DNA of 64,000 nucleotides from an uncultured Planctomycetota bacterium (GTDB lineage: Bacteria; Planctomycetota; Planctomycetia; Pirellulales; Lacipirellulaceae), in assembly GCA_963719315.1 (NCBI GenBank), contig CAVRBU010000002.1, positions 832,001 to 896,000 on the forward strand, given 5' to 3'. Both the position numbers and the translations under genes were made by a program. The stretch's first letter is position 1, and each line of letters opens with the position of its first letter. Shown one piece after another: positions 46,505-62,784 of the stretch. The notes under the pieces are model-generated. The model searched no databases. It worked only from the letters and a program-made list of their open reading frames with translations, and was not told where the DNA came from.

Positions 46505-46732
46505 CCTTCCCTCCAATGTGCCTGGCCTCGAGGCTGGCACTCAAAATGTTCGCCTAGAATCCATTAGTTGCTCATTATTCCACCCTATTTTGCCTGGCAG
46601 CGTCAAGAGAAGTTCGGCCACAGCAAAACTTGCCCACAGGCCACTTGAAATTGGGAATATTTCGGAGGGAGAATGCGGAACAGTGGTTTGACACCACATT
46701 GCCAAGCCAGATGGCCAAATAAGGAGGGCGGC

Positions 46733-48667
46733 ATGACGACGGAAAGATATCAGCAACGCGTTTTGGCGAGCTTTTCGCGGGCAAATCGTCCGGGCTGGAT
46801 CGTGGGTTTGCTTTACGTCGCCGCCATCGCCGGTCCGGCATGCGGCAACGCCACTGGCCCGGCCCGGGCGGAGGCCGAACGCCTTGTTGCGGCCGCAGCC
46901 CAAGCCGAAATCGCCGGCGATACGCCCCGCTTCCTGACTCTTCTGAACGATGCGCTCCGCAGTGACCCCGACAATAAGATCGCCCACTGGCAACTCGGAC
47001 AGGTGCAACTCGATGACAAATGGGTGACCGTGGAAGAGGCCCAGCGCCGGGCCGCCGCCGATCCGCTGCAGGCCGAGTACCGCCAGCGCCGCGCCGCGGC
47101 GGGGCCGAATGCGCGCGAGCAAATTGTCCTCGCCCGCTGGTGCCGCGACAACAAATTGAACGATGAAGCCGATCTCCATTGGGCTGTCGTCCTTTCGCTC
47201 GATCCGACCAACAAGGAAGCGCTTCGCGCCGTTGACATGTTGTGGAAAGACGGGCGTCTCGTGAAGCGCAATGAACCCTCCCAACAAAAACAACAGGCTC
47301 AGGCAGCGAAGAACGCGGCCAAGCATTGGGAGCCGATTATCGCCAAGTGGCGTCGTGCGGTCGCTGGCCGGGACATTCACGCCCACGACGATGCCCTCAC
47401 CGAAATCCAAGCGATCACCCAGCTTGATGCAATTCCATCGATCGAATCCGTGACATTGGGCCGCGACTCATACGACATGAAGCACGCCGAGGAGTGCTTG
47501 CAGATCGCCGTCGCATTCCTGGACGCACTCGGGAAGATGCCCGACCAGGCTTCCACCGAGTCGCTCGTGCGGTACGCCGTGCTCTCGCCCGGAAACAAGG
47601 CGCGGAATTCGGCGATTGAAAAGCTGAAGTCGCGAGATCAGCACGATTACGTGCCGATCCTGTTGAGCGGGTTGGCGATGCAGATCGAATCTTCCTTCAG
47701 TGTGGCGACCGACCCGGACGGTAGCGTCCACTATACGCACGCGTTGTATCGAGAAGGGCCAGAGTCGGACTGGTCGTACGATCTTCAAAGGACAGCCTAC
47801 CAGCAGGACTTTGGCGGCCGCAGAATCCGCGTTGACCTCTACACAAATACGGCTGAATTTGGGCCTCCAACTGAATCACCGCTTGTCATCGCAGCTAAGA
47901 AAGCGGTAGTTGCCTCCGCTGCGCAGAATCGCTACGGCCAGAGCGCAACAGTAACGGAAATACAAGTCGCCCGTGAAAATCAAACGGCGGAAGAATTGAA
48001 CTCTCGTATTATTCCCGTATTGGCAGGCACGACTGGGAAAGATTATGGTGATAACCCAAAGGCCTGGTGGGATTGGTGGCGCAATCAGAATGAGTACTAT
48101 GCGACAGAACATCCGGTCGACCAGCATTACGACTCGGATTGTGTGCATTATTACTATGGTTTTCCCAAGTACGAATTTTATAACTCTGGACCCCAGTATC
48201 CTGTGGCTGGCAGACGATATTCGTGCTTCGCCAAAGGTACAATCGTGTGGACTAAGACGGGCAAAAAGGCGATTGAGGCTGTCGAGCTTGGAGACCTTGT
48301 TCTCTCCCAGGATGTGAATACCGGCGAACTTAAGTACAAACCCGTCATTATGGCCACGGTCCGACCGTCCAGCCCAGTGTTAAAGCTCACACTGGAAAAC
48401 GAACAGCTTGTCTCCACGCTCGGTCATCCCTTCTGGGTCGCCGGCATAGGTTGGCGGATGGCCAAGGAACTGGACGACGCGAAACTGCACGGCGTGGCCG
48501 GCTCGACTCGCGTTCAATCGATGGAACCAGCGCCCGATGCCGAGGCCTACAACCTCGTGGTCGCCGATTTCAACACGTACTTTGTCGGCGAGAGCGGCAT
48601 CCTTGTCCACGACAACACGCCCCGCCAGCCCACGCGAGCCATCGTGCCAGGACTAATCACGCGATAG
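46733..48667 (+). CDS. Exported helical-repeat protein with C-terminal polymorphic-toxin-type HINT domain
   Basis: AAGGAGG RBS; signal/TM; HINT begins SCFAKGT, block B TLGHPFWV, ends AYNLVVADFNTYFVGESGILVHDN. Confidence 0.85.
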   Translation: MTTERYQQRVLASFSRANRPGWIVGLLYVAAIAGPACGNATGPARAEAERLVAAAAQAEIAGDTPRFLTLLNDALRSDPDNKIAHWQLGQVQLDDKWVTVEEAQRRAAADPLQAEYRQRRAAAGPNAREQIVLARWCRDNKLNDEADLHWAVVLSLDPTNKEALRAVDMLWKDGRLVKRNEPSQQKQQAQAAKNAAKHWEPIIAKWRRAVAGRDIHAHDDALTEIQAITQLDAIPSIESVTLGRDSYDMKHAEECLQIAVAFLDALGKMPDQASTESLVRYAVLSPGNKARNSAIEKLKSRDQHDYVPILLSGLAMQIESSFSVATDPDGSVHYTHALYREGPESDWSYDLQRTAYQQDFGGRRIRVDLYTNTAEFGPPTESPLVIAAKKAVVASAAQNRYGQSATVTEIQVARENQTAEELNSRIIPVLAGTTGKDYGDNPKAWWDWWRNQNEYYATEHPVDQHYDSDCVHYYYGFPKYEFYNSGPQYPVAGRRYSCFAKGTIVWTKTGKKAIEAVELGDLVLSQDVNTGELKYKPVIMATVRPSSPVLKLTLENEQLVSTLGHPFWVAGIGWRMAKELDDAKLHGVAGSTRVQSMEPAPDAEAYNLVVADFNTYFVGESGILVHDNTPRQPTRAIVPGLITR

Positions 48668-48967
48668 TCGCCGCGCTCGCTAGGTCATTGGGTGGCTGGG
48701 GTCGAGCCTGCCGCTGCGGACGAACAACCAGCAGCGCTCGGGCCCGCGCACAATTCAAACTGACCGCTCCGTATCCAGAGCGAGTCCTCTTCTTTCACAA
48801 CACGGCCATATTTGGCCGACTTGCGACGTTTCGCCCGGCCGGCACGCCTTTTGCATTACTTGCCTTCGATTGATTTCAAATTCTCGGGCGACGCGCAATG
48901 GTTGCCGTGTCCGCTTTTTTGAGGGCTGTTCAACCATAGTCCGTCTCACGCATACAAGGAGTAAACC

Positions 48968-49099
48968 ATGGCCGTTTTAGCACTCACTACTCCCGTCATG
49001 CTGGCCGCGGCCGGCTACTCGCTGCTCTATCTACTGTTGGGTGGTGGATTCGGCGGCGCGATCTTGATTTTCATCGTCGCTAAGATGTTGGGAAAATAG
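48968..49099 (+). CDS. 43-aa hydrophobic small protein (missing from the ORF track)
   Basis: AAGGAG RBS; MAVLALTTPVMLAAAGYSLLYLLLGGGFGGAILIFIVAKMLGK*. Confidence 0.75.
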   Translation: MAVLALTTPVMLAAAGYSLLYLLLGGGFGGAILIFIVAKMLGK

Positions 49100-49164
49100 A
49101 TGCTGAAAAAAGCCGACCGCGAGCTTACGCTGGTCGAGCAATGCAGGGCATGTTCCGTCGGCGT

Positions 49165-50742
49165 TCACGCGCCGGCGAGCATGCCCTGTGTTATTCCCGG
49201 CGCCGGCAGCGTGCTCGTGCCCATGAGAAATTCGTCGATGGAGCGAGCGGCGCCCCGCCCTTCGTTGATGGCCCACACCACGAGCGATTGGCCGCGGCGG
49301 CAGTCGCCGGCGGCGAATACGTTCGGCACGTTCGTCGCGAACCTGCTGTGATCGGCCTTGAATGTTTCCCAATTCCCGCGAGGTCGCTGCGTCTCGACGC
49401 CCAGCATCTCACCGACCTGTAACTCTGGTCCGAGGAAACCGGTCGCGAGCAGCACGAGGTCGGCCGGCCAGATCTTTTCGGTGCCCGGGACTTCCGTGAA
49501 AGCCGCTTTTTCGCCCGGTTTCGACCAATCGACGAGTGCCGTCTTGATTCCCTTCACCCGTCCGCTGCCATCGTCCACGAATTCCTTCGTGTGCATGTTA
49601 TATTCGCGCGGGTCGTGCCCGAAGCGGGCCTTCGTTTCGGCGTGCGAATAATCGATGCGAAAAATCCTTGGCCACTCCGGCCAGGGATTGTTGGCCGCCC
49701 GCTCGGCCGGCGGTCGATCGAGCAATTCGAAGTTGGTCATGCTTTGGCAGCCGTGTCGCAGCGACGTTCCGATGCAGTCGGCACCCGTGTCACCACCGCC
49801 GATCACGATCACGTCCAGGCCTTTCGCGGAGATATAGTGGCCGTTGTTGAGTGCGTTATCCAGCAGGCTCTTGGTGCTGCGCGTGAGGAAATCCATTGCT
49901 AGATGAATGCCTTTCAACCCGCGCCCTGGGCACCGCGCCGTCGGATCGAACGGCTTCGTCGCCCCGGTGGCGAGTAAAAGCGCGTCGTTTTCTTCCAGCA
50001 ATTGCTTGGGATCGATGAACTTCATGGCGCACCCGCGCTCATGCATGATCTGCGTCATGTGCCCGCTTGCGTATTCCTCCTGCCGGCCCACATGCGCACA
50101 CGTGATGAAACTCACTCCCTCGGCCGTGAGCAAATCGACGCGGCGCTGCACGACGCCTTTGTCGAGCTTCATGTTCGGAATGCCATACATCAACAGGCCG
50201 CCGATTCGGTCGGCCCGCTCGTACACGGTGACGTGATGTCCAGCTTTGTTGAGCTGCGCGGCGGCCGCCAAGCCGGCCGGCCCACTCCCGACGATCGCAA
50301 CGCGCTTCCCGGTCCGTTGCGACGGCGGTTGGGGCGTCACCCAGCCCTCTTCGAAACCGCGGTCGATGATCGCGTTTTCGATGTTCTTGATCGTCACCGC
50401 CGGATCGGTGATGCCGAGCACGCACGCCCCTTCACAAGGCGCCGGGCACGTGCGGCCGGTAAACTCGGGAAAATTGTTCGTCTTGTGGAGCCGGTCGAGG
50501 GCATCCTTCCAGCGCCCCTGGTAGACGAGGTCGTTCCATTCGGGAATCAGGTTATCGATCGGGCAGCCCGATTCGCTCTGGCAGAACGGCACGCCGCAAT
50601 CCATGCACCGGGCCCCCTGCGTGCGCAGTTGCAGCTCGGCCGGCGCGGTGTAGATTTCCAGGAAATCTTGCACCCGCACCAGTGGATCACGATATGGAAC
50701 CGCCTGCCGCTCGAATTCCTTAAAACCTGTGGGTTTACCCAT
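49165..50742 (-). CDS. gltD: Glutamate synthase small subunit
   Basis: [52 protein letters not shown]. Confidence 0.96.
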   Translation of the reverse strand: MGKPTGFKEFERQAVPYRDPLVRVQDFLEIYTAPAELQLRTQGARCMDCGVPFCQSESGCPIDNLIPEWNDLVYQGRWKDALDRLHKTNNFPEFTGRTCPAPCEGACVLGITDPAVTIKNIENAIIDRGFEEGWVTPQPPSQRTGKRVAIVGSGPAGLAAAAQLNKAGHHVTVYERADRIGGLLMYGIPNMKLDKGVVQRRVDLLTAEGVSFITCAHVGRQEEYASGHMTQIMHERGCAMKFIDPKQLLEENDALLLATGATKPFDPTARCPGRGLKGIHLAMDFLTRSTKSLLDNALNNGHYISAKGLDVIVIGGGDTGADCIGTSLRHGCQSMTNFELLDRPPAERAANNPWPEWPRIFRIDYSHAETKARFGHDPREYNMHTKEFVDDGSGRVKGIKTALVDWSKPGEKAAFTEVPGTEKIWPADLVLLATGFLGPELQVGEMLGVETQRPRGNWETFKADHSRFATNVPNVFAAGDCRRGQSLVVWAINEGRGAARSIDEFLMGTSTLPAPGITQGMLAGA

Positions 50743-50785
50743 ACTCAATTCTTCCGTCCCGGGAGGACGAATGAGCCCAATTCAC

Positions 50786-55468
<4,683 letters not shown>

Positions 55469-55478
55469 TGCGATTCTC

Positions 55479-56462
55479 CTACTCCGCTACCGCAGCCATT
55501 GCTGCCACGCGTGGTCGCACTCCGTGGCCATTCGATTCAGCGACTGCGACCGGCGATTTCGCAGCCGCCTTTGATTCCGGATTTGATTGTGTTTGTAACA
55601 ATTGAATGAACTGCTGGGCCGTTTCGTTCAGCTTTCGATCGCGACGGTGGATGATGCCCAGCGGGCCGTCCAGCGCAACGCCATCCAGCGGAATCTGCAC
55701 CAACGAGCCGGATTCGACTTCCCTCGCAATCGTCGGCTCCGGAAGCAGGCTCACACCGGCCCCGATTTCGATGGCCCGTTTGATCGTTTCAATGTTGTCG
55801 AACTCTAGCGCAATTTTCACGCGCACTTTGTACAACGCGAGCGCGCGATCAATCTCATCGCGAATCTTCAGGCCCGCTTGAAATGCCACAAACGGCTCGC
55901 CCGACAACTTCTCGAGCGTAGCACTGCGATGTTTAGTAAGCGGGTGGTGCGGCGAACAAACCAGCACCATGGGCTCCGTTCGCCACGGCAGCGCAGCCAG
56001 ACTTGCCGAATCTTCCGGGTAGCTCACCAAGCCCAGATCGGCCTGACCTTGATCGACTTCTTCGTATACTCGATGCGGGTGGACGTATTCTAATCGCACG
56101 TCGGCCGTCGGGTGGGCCGCCAAAAACTCCCGCATGCAGCCGCTCATGTGCGCAAGACCGACGGAATAGATCGAAGCAATTGTCAGCCTGGCAGCCATCG
56201 CTTCGTGTAGCGAGCGAACCTCGCGTTCCAGATCGTCATATCGCTGCACGATCACGCGCGAGCCCTCGTGGAAACGCTTGCCCTCGGGAGTCAGCACAAA
56301 TGGCCGCTTGGACCTGTCGATTAACTTGACGCCCATTCGTTCTTCTAACTGATGCACGACCTGGCTCGCGTTCGATTGCGATACGCCGTTGAGTTTCGCT
56401 GCTCGCGAAAAGCTCTTCATGTCGACGATGTCACAATAGATTTTTAGAAAACGAAGATGCAT
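55479..56462 (-). CDS. LysR family transcriptional regulator
   Basis: SFSRAA..NGVSQS N-terminal [18 protein letters not shown]; 10 nt upstream of gltB. Confidence 0.92.
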   Translation of the reverse strand: MHLRFLKIYCDIVDMKSFSRAAKLNGVSQSNASQVVHQLEERMGVKLIDRSKRPFVLTPEGKRFHEGSRVIVQRYDDLEREVRSLHEAMAARLTIASIYSVGLAHMSGCMREFLAAHPTADVRLEYVHPHRVYEEVDQGQADLGLVSYPEDSASLAALPWRTEPMVLVCSPHHPLTKHRSATLEKLSGEPFVAFQAGLKIRDEIDRALALYKVRVKIALEFDNIETIKRAIEIGAGVSLLPEPTIAREVESGSLVQIPLDGVALDGPLGIIHRRDRKLNETAQQFIQLLQTQSNPESKAAAKSPVAVAESNGHGVRPRVAAMAAVAE

Positions 56463-56876
56463 GAGGGTAAATCACCTTCAAGAAATCAAGCAGTATCACA
56501 TTGATGCGGCGCAGCCGACGATTCGACGCGCCGCTGGACCAAACAGCGCCAGCATGACGATGCCAAATTAATACTCGACTCAGCCGCCGAATTGCGGCGA
56601 ACGAACGCAGGAAAAGCTAAGCCGCCAATTTATCAATAATTTGAATATCGGATAGAGCCAAGATTAACAACCAGAATAGTAGGTTAGCTAGCTCCTCCGG
56701 TGCTGTCAAGACGCTAAGGAGTTACCCGGATGGCATTTGGCAACCTTTGAAAATTCGGCCAGAATCGGGCTTTTGTGGTGAAATTGGCGGCATTTCGGGA
56801 CTCTGAGAAGGCTTCGGCGAGGGCGGAAAGCTACAATCGAAGGACACCAAGCCCGCCCCTTTTGCGGACACTTCGC

Positions 56877-57542
56877 ATGGAATACCTGCTTGATTTTGTT
56901 CTCCATCTCGACACGCATTTGGCAGCGTTTGTCGCGCAGTATGGGCCATGGGTTTACGGGTTGTTGTTCCTGATCGTGTTCGCCGAAACGGGTTTGGTCG
57001 TGACACCATTTCTGCCTGGCGACTCGCTCTTGTTTGCCGCTGGCGCAATTGCCGCCACGAGCGGCAGCCAAATGAATGTGTGGCTCTTGTTCGCGTTGTT
57101 GGCGGTCGCCGCGATTCTGGGCGACGCCGTCAACTACGCCATCGGTCACTTCGTGGGCCCGCGCATTTTCCGCGCGGAAGATCGGACCAGCATTTGGCAC
57201 CGGTTGCTGAATCGCAACCACCTGATGGAAGCCCATGCCTTTTTCGAACGGCACGGCGGCAAGGCAGTGATCCTGGGCCGCTTCGCTCCGATCATCCGGA
57301 CATTCGTGCCCTTCGTCGCCGGTTGCGGGTCGATGTCCTACCCGCAATTCGCGTTTTTCAATATTACGGGCGCGCTCCTGTGGGTCGGTCTGTGCCTGGG
57401 CGGCGGCTATTTCTTTGGCGGGCGGCAGATCGTGAAGGACAATTTCGAACTCGTGCTTGTCGCAATCGTTCTGATCTCGCTGCTACCAATCGCCTGGGGA
57501 TACATCTCCAGCCGCATGAAACGCGAAGCGATTGAGCCATAA
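56877..57542 (+). CDS. dedA: DedA family membrane protein
   Basis: FAETGLVVTPFLPGDSLLF, GDAVNY, RFAPIIRTFVPFVAG. Confidence 0.92.
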   Translation: MEYLLDFVLHLDTHLAAFVAQYGPWVYGLLFLIVFAETGLVVTPFLPGDSLLFAAGAIAATSGSQMNVWLLFALLAVAAILGDAVNYAIGHFVGPRIFRAEDRTSIWHRLLNRNHLMEAHAFFERHGGKAVILGRFAPIIRTFVPFVAGCGSMSYPQFAFFNITGALLWVGLCLGGGYFFGGRQIVKDNFELVLVAIVLISLLPIAWGYISSRMKREAIEP

Positions 57543-57576
57543 GGCAGAATGATTTCGGGTAGCCATCCTCGTTTGC

Positions 57577-57660
57577 CATGCCTTCGCCGCCGCGGCGTAG
57601 GCATGTGTCACGGATTGCATTCGCATGCTTACGCGGCGGCCGCGGAAGGATGCCACCCAT
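57577..57660. repeat. REP-like element, family A (degenerate copy)
   Basis: catgccttcgccgccgcggcgtaggcatg ... ggatgccacccat matches 6014-6107; lies between convergent genes. Confidence 0.8.
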
Positions 57661-57664
57661 TCGG

Positions 57665-59349
57665 CTACTGCGATTGATTCGCTTTTTTGCGTGTCATGGC
57701 TCGTGCGTCGTTAAGGTCGATCGGTTCGATCGTCGCCAATTGACCCTTTTGCGACGCGCCGCCAACGACCATCAATCCGCCGTGCGGCGCCGGCACGAGT
57801 TGGTGAAAGAACCGCGGCGTTTCCACGCGGCCAGCCTCTTCCCACGCCGACCCCGAATCATTCAGCCGGTACAAAACGCCGCGCAACCCGCACACGTATA
57901 ACTCGCCGTCCAAGTTCCATGCCGACACACCAAAGCCCGCCATACCAGCGCCCGGCAGATTGGGTCCTCTGTGCCAATTGCCCGAGTGCAGGTCGAATAG
58001 ATCCACGCGGACCGAAGGGTTGTTTTTCTCGTCCATGCCGCCGAGTGCGATCAGCTTGTCCTTCCAGAATCCAGCCGCGAGCGCCCTCCGCTTGAATTCA
58101 GGATGCGGCAGCTTTTGCCAGCCGCTCTCCGGCTTAGTGAAGTCATAGACGAGTGCATCCGGCTCCCACGTGCCGGGAGGCTTACCATCCAACCGCCAGC
58201 CGCCGATGACGTATAGCTTGTCGCCGATCACGGTCGCGTTGTGCGACGATCGTGCCGCGGGCAAAGGCGGAGCGCCGTCCATTTGTTCGGCGCCGGATCA
58301 AACTCTGAAAACTCGGCGGTTGAATGTAAATCCGCGGTATCCTTCGTCGTGGGATTGCGGATATCCAAACCGCCGACACGATAGATCTTTCCAGCATGAG
58401 CCACCAGCGGCAGCCCCTGCAGAGGCGTTTGCATCGGCAGCTCTTGCCACGTTGAGGCGCCGTCGAGCTTAATGCGGCGGAAGTGCTTGGAGAGATTCGC
58501 CGCAGAATGTTCGTGCTCTTCGCCCGTGTGACCGCCGTAAACGTATAGCCAGCCATCAGAGACCACGGCGCCGAAGCTCGCCACCGGCTCCGGCAGGGGC
58601 GCAATTACCGATACGCTGGCCGGCGCGGCGGGTGTCGCCTTCGCCGGCAGATTAAACGTCAGCGTTGCGTAGTGCATTACACCCTTGTAAGGTTTCCCAT
58701 CGAGCTCTCCCGCTTTCTCTTGTTCCATCGTGTTGGCCAACACGCCGACAAGCCCGCCTCCCTCCGGCTTAAAGCTCGCGTGACCGCCGTCGCCGGTTTT
58801 CAGCTCGACCGGGTCCTTATCCCCGGCAAAGACCGTTACGTCCGCCCCCGCGAGCGGTTTGCCATCCCACAGCACGGTCAGTTCGACATCCCCTTCCTTG
58901 AGTTTCGGCACGACTTCGAGCTTCAGCTCTTTTGAAGCGCCGGCCGCGTTCAGCTCGTCGGCCGTCGTCCCGCGAACGTGCTTCGCATGGTAGAAGAGCA
59001 GCGACCTGCCGTAGATGCCGTATTGTTGGGTCGTCTGCAGAACGGGCGTTTCGGGGTCGCTAATTGGCCCGATCAAGCCCACGCGATCCTCGGTATCGAT
59101 CCCGTTCGTAGTGACCTCTGTCTGCTTGCCGTCAGCAGCGCGGCTCCACAGCTTCGTTTTGGACAATTTTTCGGGGAAGTGATACGACTCATCGGACGGG
59201 CTCTCGTTGAAAAACAACAATGCCTGCGGCTTGCCGTCGACAGTGACGGTTTTGATCCACAAAAAGTGCCCTTCGCACCTGGTCGTTGCCATCACAAACG
59301 CGACGCTGCAAGCGAACGACAGAATCCGACTCAGGTTTCTTGGTAGCAT
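57665..59349 (-). CDS. Exported DUF4198-like + Kelch-repeat protein (frameshift near 58270)
   Basis: HFLW after the signal peptide, LEVVP...VLWDGKPL; Kelch repeats LYVYGGH, IYRVGG, LYVIGGW, LIALGG. Confidence 0.75.
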
Positions 59350-59364
59350 TGCATCCCCGTACAA

Positions 59365-60364
59365 TTAAGTTCCAGGTAAAATCGCGGATTCACCGGCCTT
59401 ACGCGTGGCCATCGCCCGCCAGACCAGAATATCGATATCGCTGGTAATCGTGTGAATGGACCCATCCACCATGGCCGCATTCACAACTCCACCAATGTGG
59501 TTGCTTCGCGACGTTACGGCGGCATAGGTCGGAACCGTCGTGGTCTTCCCCTCCGCGCTGTTGATCCAATCGATATCGGCAGAATTACACGGCACAGCCG
59601 TGTTCGGCGGAATTGCAGCGGTGAATCCCGTCTCGTGAATTTTACCATCTACCCATTCTGTGTGCCCCGACTCTTTGAATGTCGATGTCGTCAGACCGCA
59701 AATATCGCTCGGTTTTTCCACAACGGCTGCAGTGCCCTTGGCCGAACCAGTATCAAAGGTCTGATAAGCCTTAATTTCCGAAACTAGCAAGGTTTTACTA
59801 CTACCGTCGGCGCAATGCCGAAATCCAATCGCGCTGTTCGGAAAGAACATCCCGTCGCCGCCACGAAGCGTGGACGCATCAAACACGAACCACACGCCGA
59901 AGTTTAGTCCATAATTGATAGGGAAATGAGTTCGCTCGACATCGTTTGCGCGGTTCTGCTCGTTGTTCGGAAGGGCACGAAAACACAGGAATCCTCTTCG
60001 AGGCCACGAGGTCGGGACCGATGCGAACGGTGTTGTACGATTGCGAGTAGTCAATTGCCGACTCAAGTGCTGACTCTTCGAGAAACGGCAAAATTCGAGC
60101 CTGCGCCGACCAACTGCTGTTGCGCTCGTCGCCCGTTCCATAAAAATATAGCGACGGCGGAAACACTTTATTCGCCGACTCGTAGTTGTGCATAGCCACA
60201 GCGATCTGCTTGATATTATTCTGGCAGGCGGATCGCCGTGCGGCCTCGCGGGCGGACTGAATCGCGGGAAGCAGCAGTGCCACAAGGATACCGATGATTG
60301 CGATTACGACTAACAGTTCAACAAGCGTAAACGCCTGGTGTTTGTTTTGACCAGCGACGAGCAT
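59365..60364 (-). CDS. DUF1559 prepilin-type protein (frameshift near 59950)
   Basis: [15 protein letters not shown]...; second frame has [14 protein letters not shown] and [18 protein letters not shown]. Confidence 0.85.
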
Positions 60365-60416
60365 AGACGGACTCCTTTTTTGAATGATTCTTGCAATCCT
60401 GAAAAGAAACTGTTGC

Positions 60417-60437
60417 TATTGAGAGTCAGGATCAATA
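60417..60437. promoter_or_regulatory. Possible Fur-family operator upstream of DUF1559 / DUF4198-Kelch
   Basis: TATTGA-gagtcagga-TCAATA inverted repeat in an AT-rich promoter region. Confidence 0.35.
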
Positions 60438-60631
60438 TAGAGAGGTTAATGCACCCTATTGATTTTCGCAAGCCCCAATGTCGAAAAAACGCCCGACAAA
60501 GAATTTGGCTAGAATCAGCCGAAATAGCTGGGTAGCTCCGGTGCCGGGCTCTCATAGAATGTGGAATACCGCTGAGAAACACGGCAATTCCGCTAACGAG
60601 ACTGGATTTCAAGAATTGCGGAGTGCCCCTG

Positions 60632-61918
60632 CTACCGTTCGCTCAGCTTCTCAAACGTATATTCGTGGCCGCGATCGCGGATCACCTCCGCTTTGATGAT
60701 GCGGTCTGGCTTGGGCTGATTGGGGCCATGCAGTGGTGCGCGGTGCTGCAAGTCGCCCAGCACTTCCATTCCCTCGATCACACGGCCAAACACCGTGTGT
60801 TGCCCGTTGAGGTGTGCTGTGGGCACGAACGTGAGGAAGAATTGCGAATTTCCCGAGTCGCGTTGATTGGTCTTGGCCATGCTGAGCGACCCGCGAAAAT
60901 GGCGACGATAGTTCGGCTGATAACATTCATCGTGAATGGTATACCCGGGCCCGCCCTGCCCATCATCCGACTTTGCACCGCCCTGCGCCATAAAGCCAGG
61001 CAACACCCGATGAAATGGACTGCCGTTGTAAAAGCCCTGCTTCACGAGCGTCAAGAAGTTCGCCACGGTTTGGGGAGCCTCGTTTTCAAACAGCTCGACC
61101 ACGATTTCGCCCTTGGTCGTCGTAAGTTTTACGCGCGGCAAATCATCGGCTTTCTGTTCGGCCGCGCGAATCGCTGACTCCTTCGCCCACAACTCTTTGT
61201 ATTGCTCGAGGTTTTCCGCACACGAGGTCACGAGGTGTTCTACGTTCTTGTTCAATCCGCTCTGCGAATCGTGTTGGTCGCCTCGCCTGGCGGAGAGCGC
61301 TACAGCTTCCATTGCACCCGTTTCTTTAGCCTTCTCTAGATACTTCGTCGCCAAGTCGAAGTCGTTCGTCATGTAAGCGGACAAGAATCCCCACACGTAG
61401 AGTTCGTTGTTGCGTGCCCCGCCTTCGATTAGCAACTTGATGATCGGCAGCGCTCTCTCGTATTGATCTCCGCCGTCGATCGGATAGAAAACGTCGTCCG
61501 GATTGTCGTCGCCCGGCACCCCCGGGCCAATCTGGCGTCCGATCACGTAATACTTCGCCACGGCTGCCAGGACATCGGTAATTTGCTGATCGGCATTCGG
61601 CGCCGCTCGATACGCCGCCTCGGCCGCCTCGACCATCGCGTTGACCAGCGATTGCGTGTGCGCCACCTGGCCGGTCAAGTCTTCATTCAACTTTTTGCGC
61701 TGGTCGGCGTCCGCCGACTGGTATTCGGCCTGCAGCTTTTCGATTTCGCGCACCGCAGCCTTGTATTCCTCAAACTTCGTGGTGAAAGCGGCATTCGCTT
61801 GCTCCGCGGCGGGGTTAGCCGGCGCAGCCCGCTTCTCCTCTGAGCGCGAGAATACGCCCGCAAACATGGTCACCATGAAAACGTTCGTAAACCAGAATAT
61901 TCGGGCCATGCGAATCAT
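60632..61918 (-). CDS. Cyclophilin-type peptidyl-prolyl isomerase with N-terminal helical extension
   Basis: TTKGEIVVELFENEAPQTVANF, FHRVLPGFMAQGG, SQFF, HLNGQHTVFGRV; start ATG 61918. Confidence 0.9.
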   Translation of the reverse strand: MIRMARIFWFTNVFMVTMFAGVFSRSEEKRAAPANPAAEQANAAFTTKFEEYKAAVREIEKLQAEYQSADADQRKKLNEDLTGQVAHTQSLVNAMVEAAEAAYRAAPNADQQITDVLAAVAKYYVIGRQIGPGVPGDDNPDDVFYPIDGGDQYERALPIIKLLIEGGARNNELYVWGFLSAYMTNDFDLATKYLEKAKETGAMEAVALSARRGDQHDSQSGLNKNVEHLVTSCAENLEQYKELWAKESAIRAAEQKADDLPRVKLTTTKGEIVVELFENEAPQTVANFLTLVKQGFYNGSPFHRVLPGFMAQGGAKSDDGQGGPGYTIHDECYQPNYRRHFRGSLSMAKTNQRDSGNSQFFLTFVPTAHLNGQHTVFGRVIEGMEVLGDLQHRAPLHGPNQPKPDRIIKAEVIRDRGHEYTFEKLSER

Positions 61919-62107
61919 AGAGATACCTTCATTTCGTGCGGTCCTAGACGCCATCATCTCCACACACGATAACACATGCTTGCCGCGATAGTGTAGGCGT
62001 CTCGTAGGGCGAGACGCAATTTCCTCTCGCGGAGCGATATGCCTACACTCTACGATTCTCGACCCACCTTGCCACACAAACGCAAATCTGCCGAACCATC
62101 TGCATCG

Positions 62108-62723
62108 ATGGCTCGCGACGACCGCGATCCCGAGGTGCGAATCATCGGCGGCCAATTTCGGGGCCGGAGATTGCAATATCACGGAGATCCGCTCGTTCGA
62201 CCAATGAAGCATCGCACGCGCGAGGCGATTTTCAACCTCGTGAGCACAGGCTGCACCGGCCGGCACGCCATCGATTTGTTTGCCGGAACGGGCGCGCTCG
62301 GCCTGGAAGCGCTCAGCCGCGGCGCCCCTTCGGCGACGTTCATAGAACAGCACGTGCCAACGGCTCGCATCGTGGAAGAAAACATCCACACGCTCGGCGT
62401 CGCGGATCGAACGACCGTGGCTGTCACGAGTGCGTTCTTGTGGGTGAAGCGCGACCTGCCCGCGGTGGCCGAGTCGATCGCCATTCCTTGGCTTGTTTTC
62501 TGCAGTCCTCCTTATGCGTTTTTCTTGGAGCGGCAAGCAGAAATGGTCAATCTCGTATCCCGCATTCGGGAGCACGCTCCGGCTGACAGCATCTTGGTTG
62601 TCGAAGCGGAGCAACCGTTCGACTTCGACCTCATCCGCGGCGCACGTTGAAACGGTTGAAGACGGACCCTGGGACGTGCGCGTGTACGCGCCCGCGGTGG
62701 TCGGCGTCTGGCAAGCCGAGTGA
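62108..62723 (+). CDS. rsmD: 16S rRNA m2G966 methyltransferase RsmD family (frameshift near 62643)
   Basis: VRIIGG.FRGRRL, REAIFN, DLFAGTGALGLEALSRGA, CSPPY; C-terminal WDVRVYAPAVVG in the second frame. Confidence 0.85.
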
Positions 62724-62738
62724 AATGAAGGGACTGCC

Positions 62739-62765
62739 GTGCCTTCGTCGCGACGGCGAAGGCAC
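62739..62765. repeat. Single REP family A hairpin between convergent rsmD and cphA
   Basis: gtgccttcgtcg-cga-cggcgaaggcac. Confidence 0.6.
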
Positions 62766-62784
62766 AGCACTCCGAAAGGCGCCA

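Noticed and set aside
48225..48620. Canonical intein or polymorphic toxin-immunity pair
   Set aside because: No split host protein, no endonuclease, only a 16-aa tail and no evident immunity gene
56465..56770. Riboswitch or ncRNA upstream of the LysR gene
   Set aside because: AT-rich divergent promoter region with no recognisable aptamer consensus
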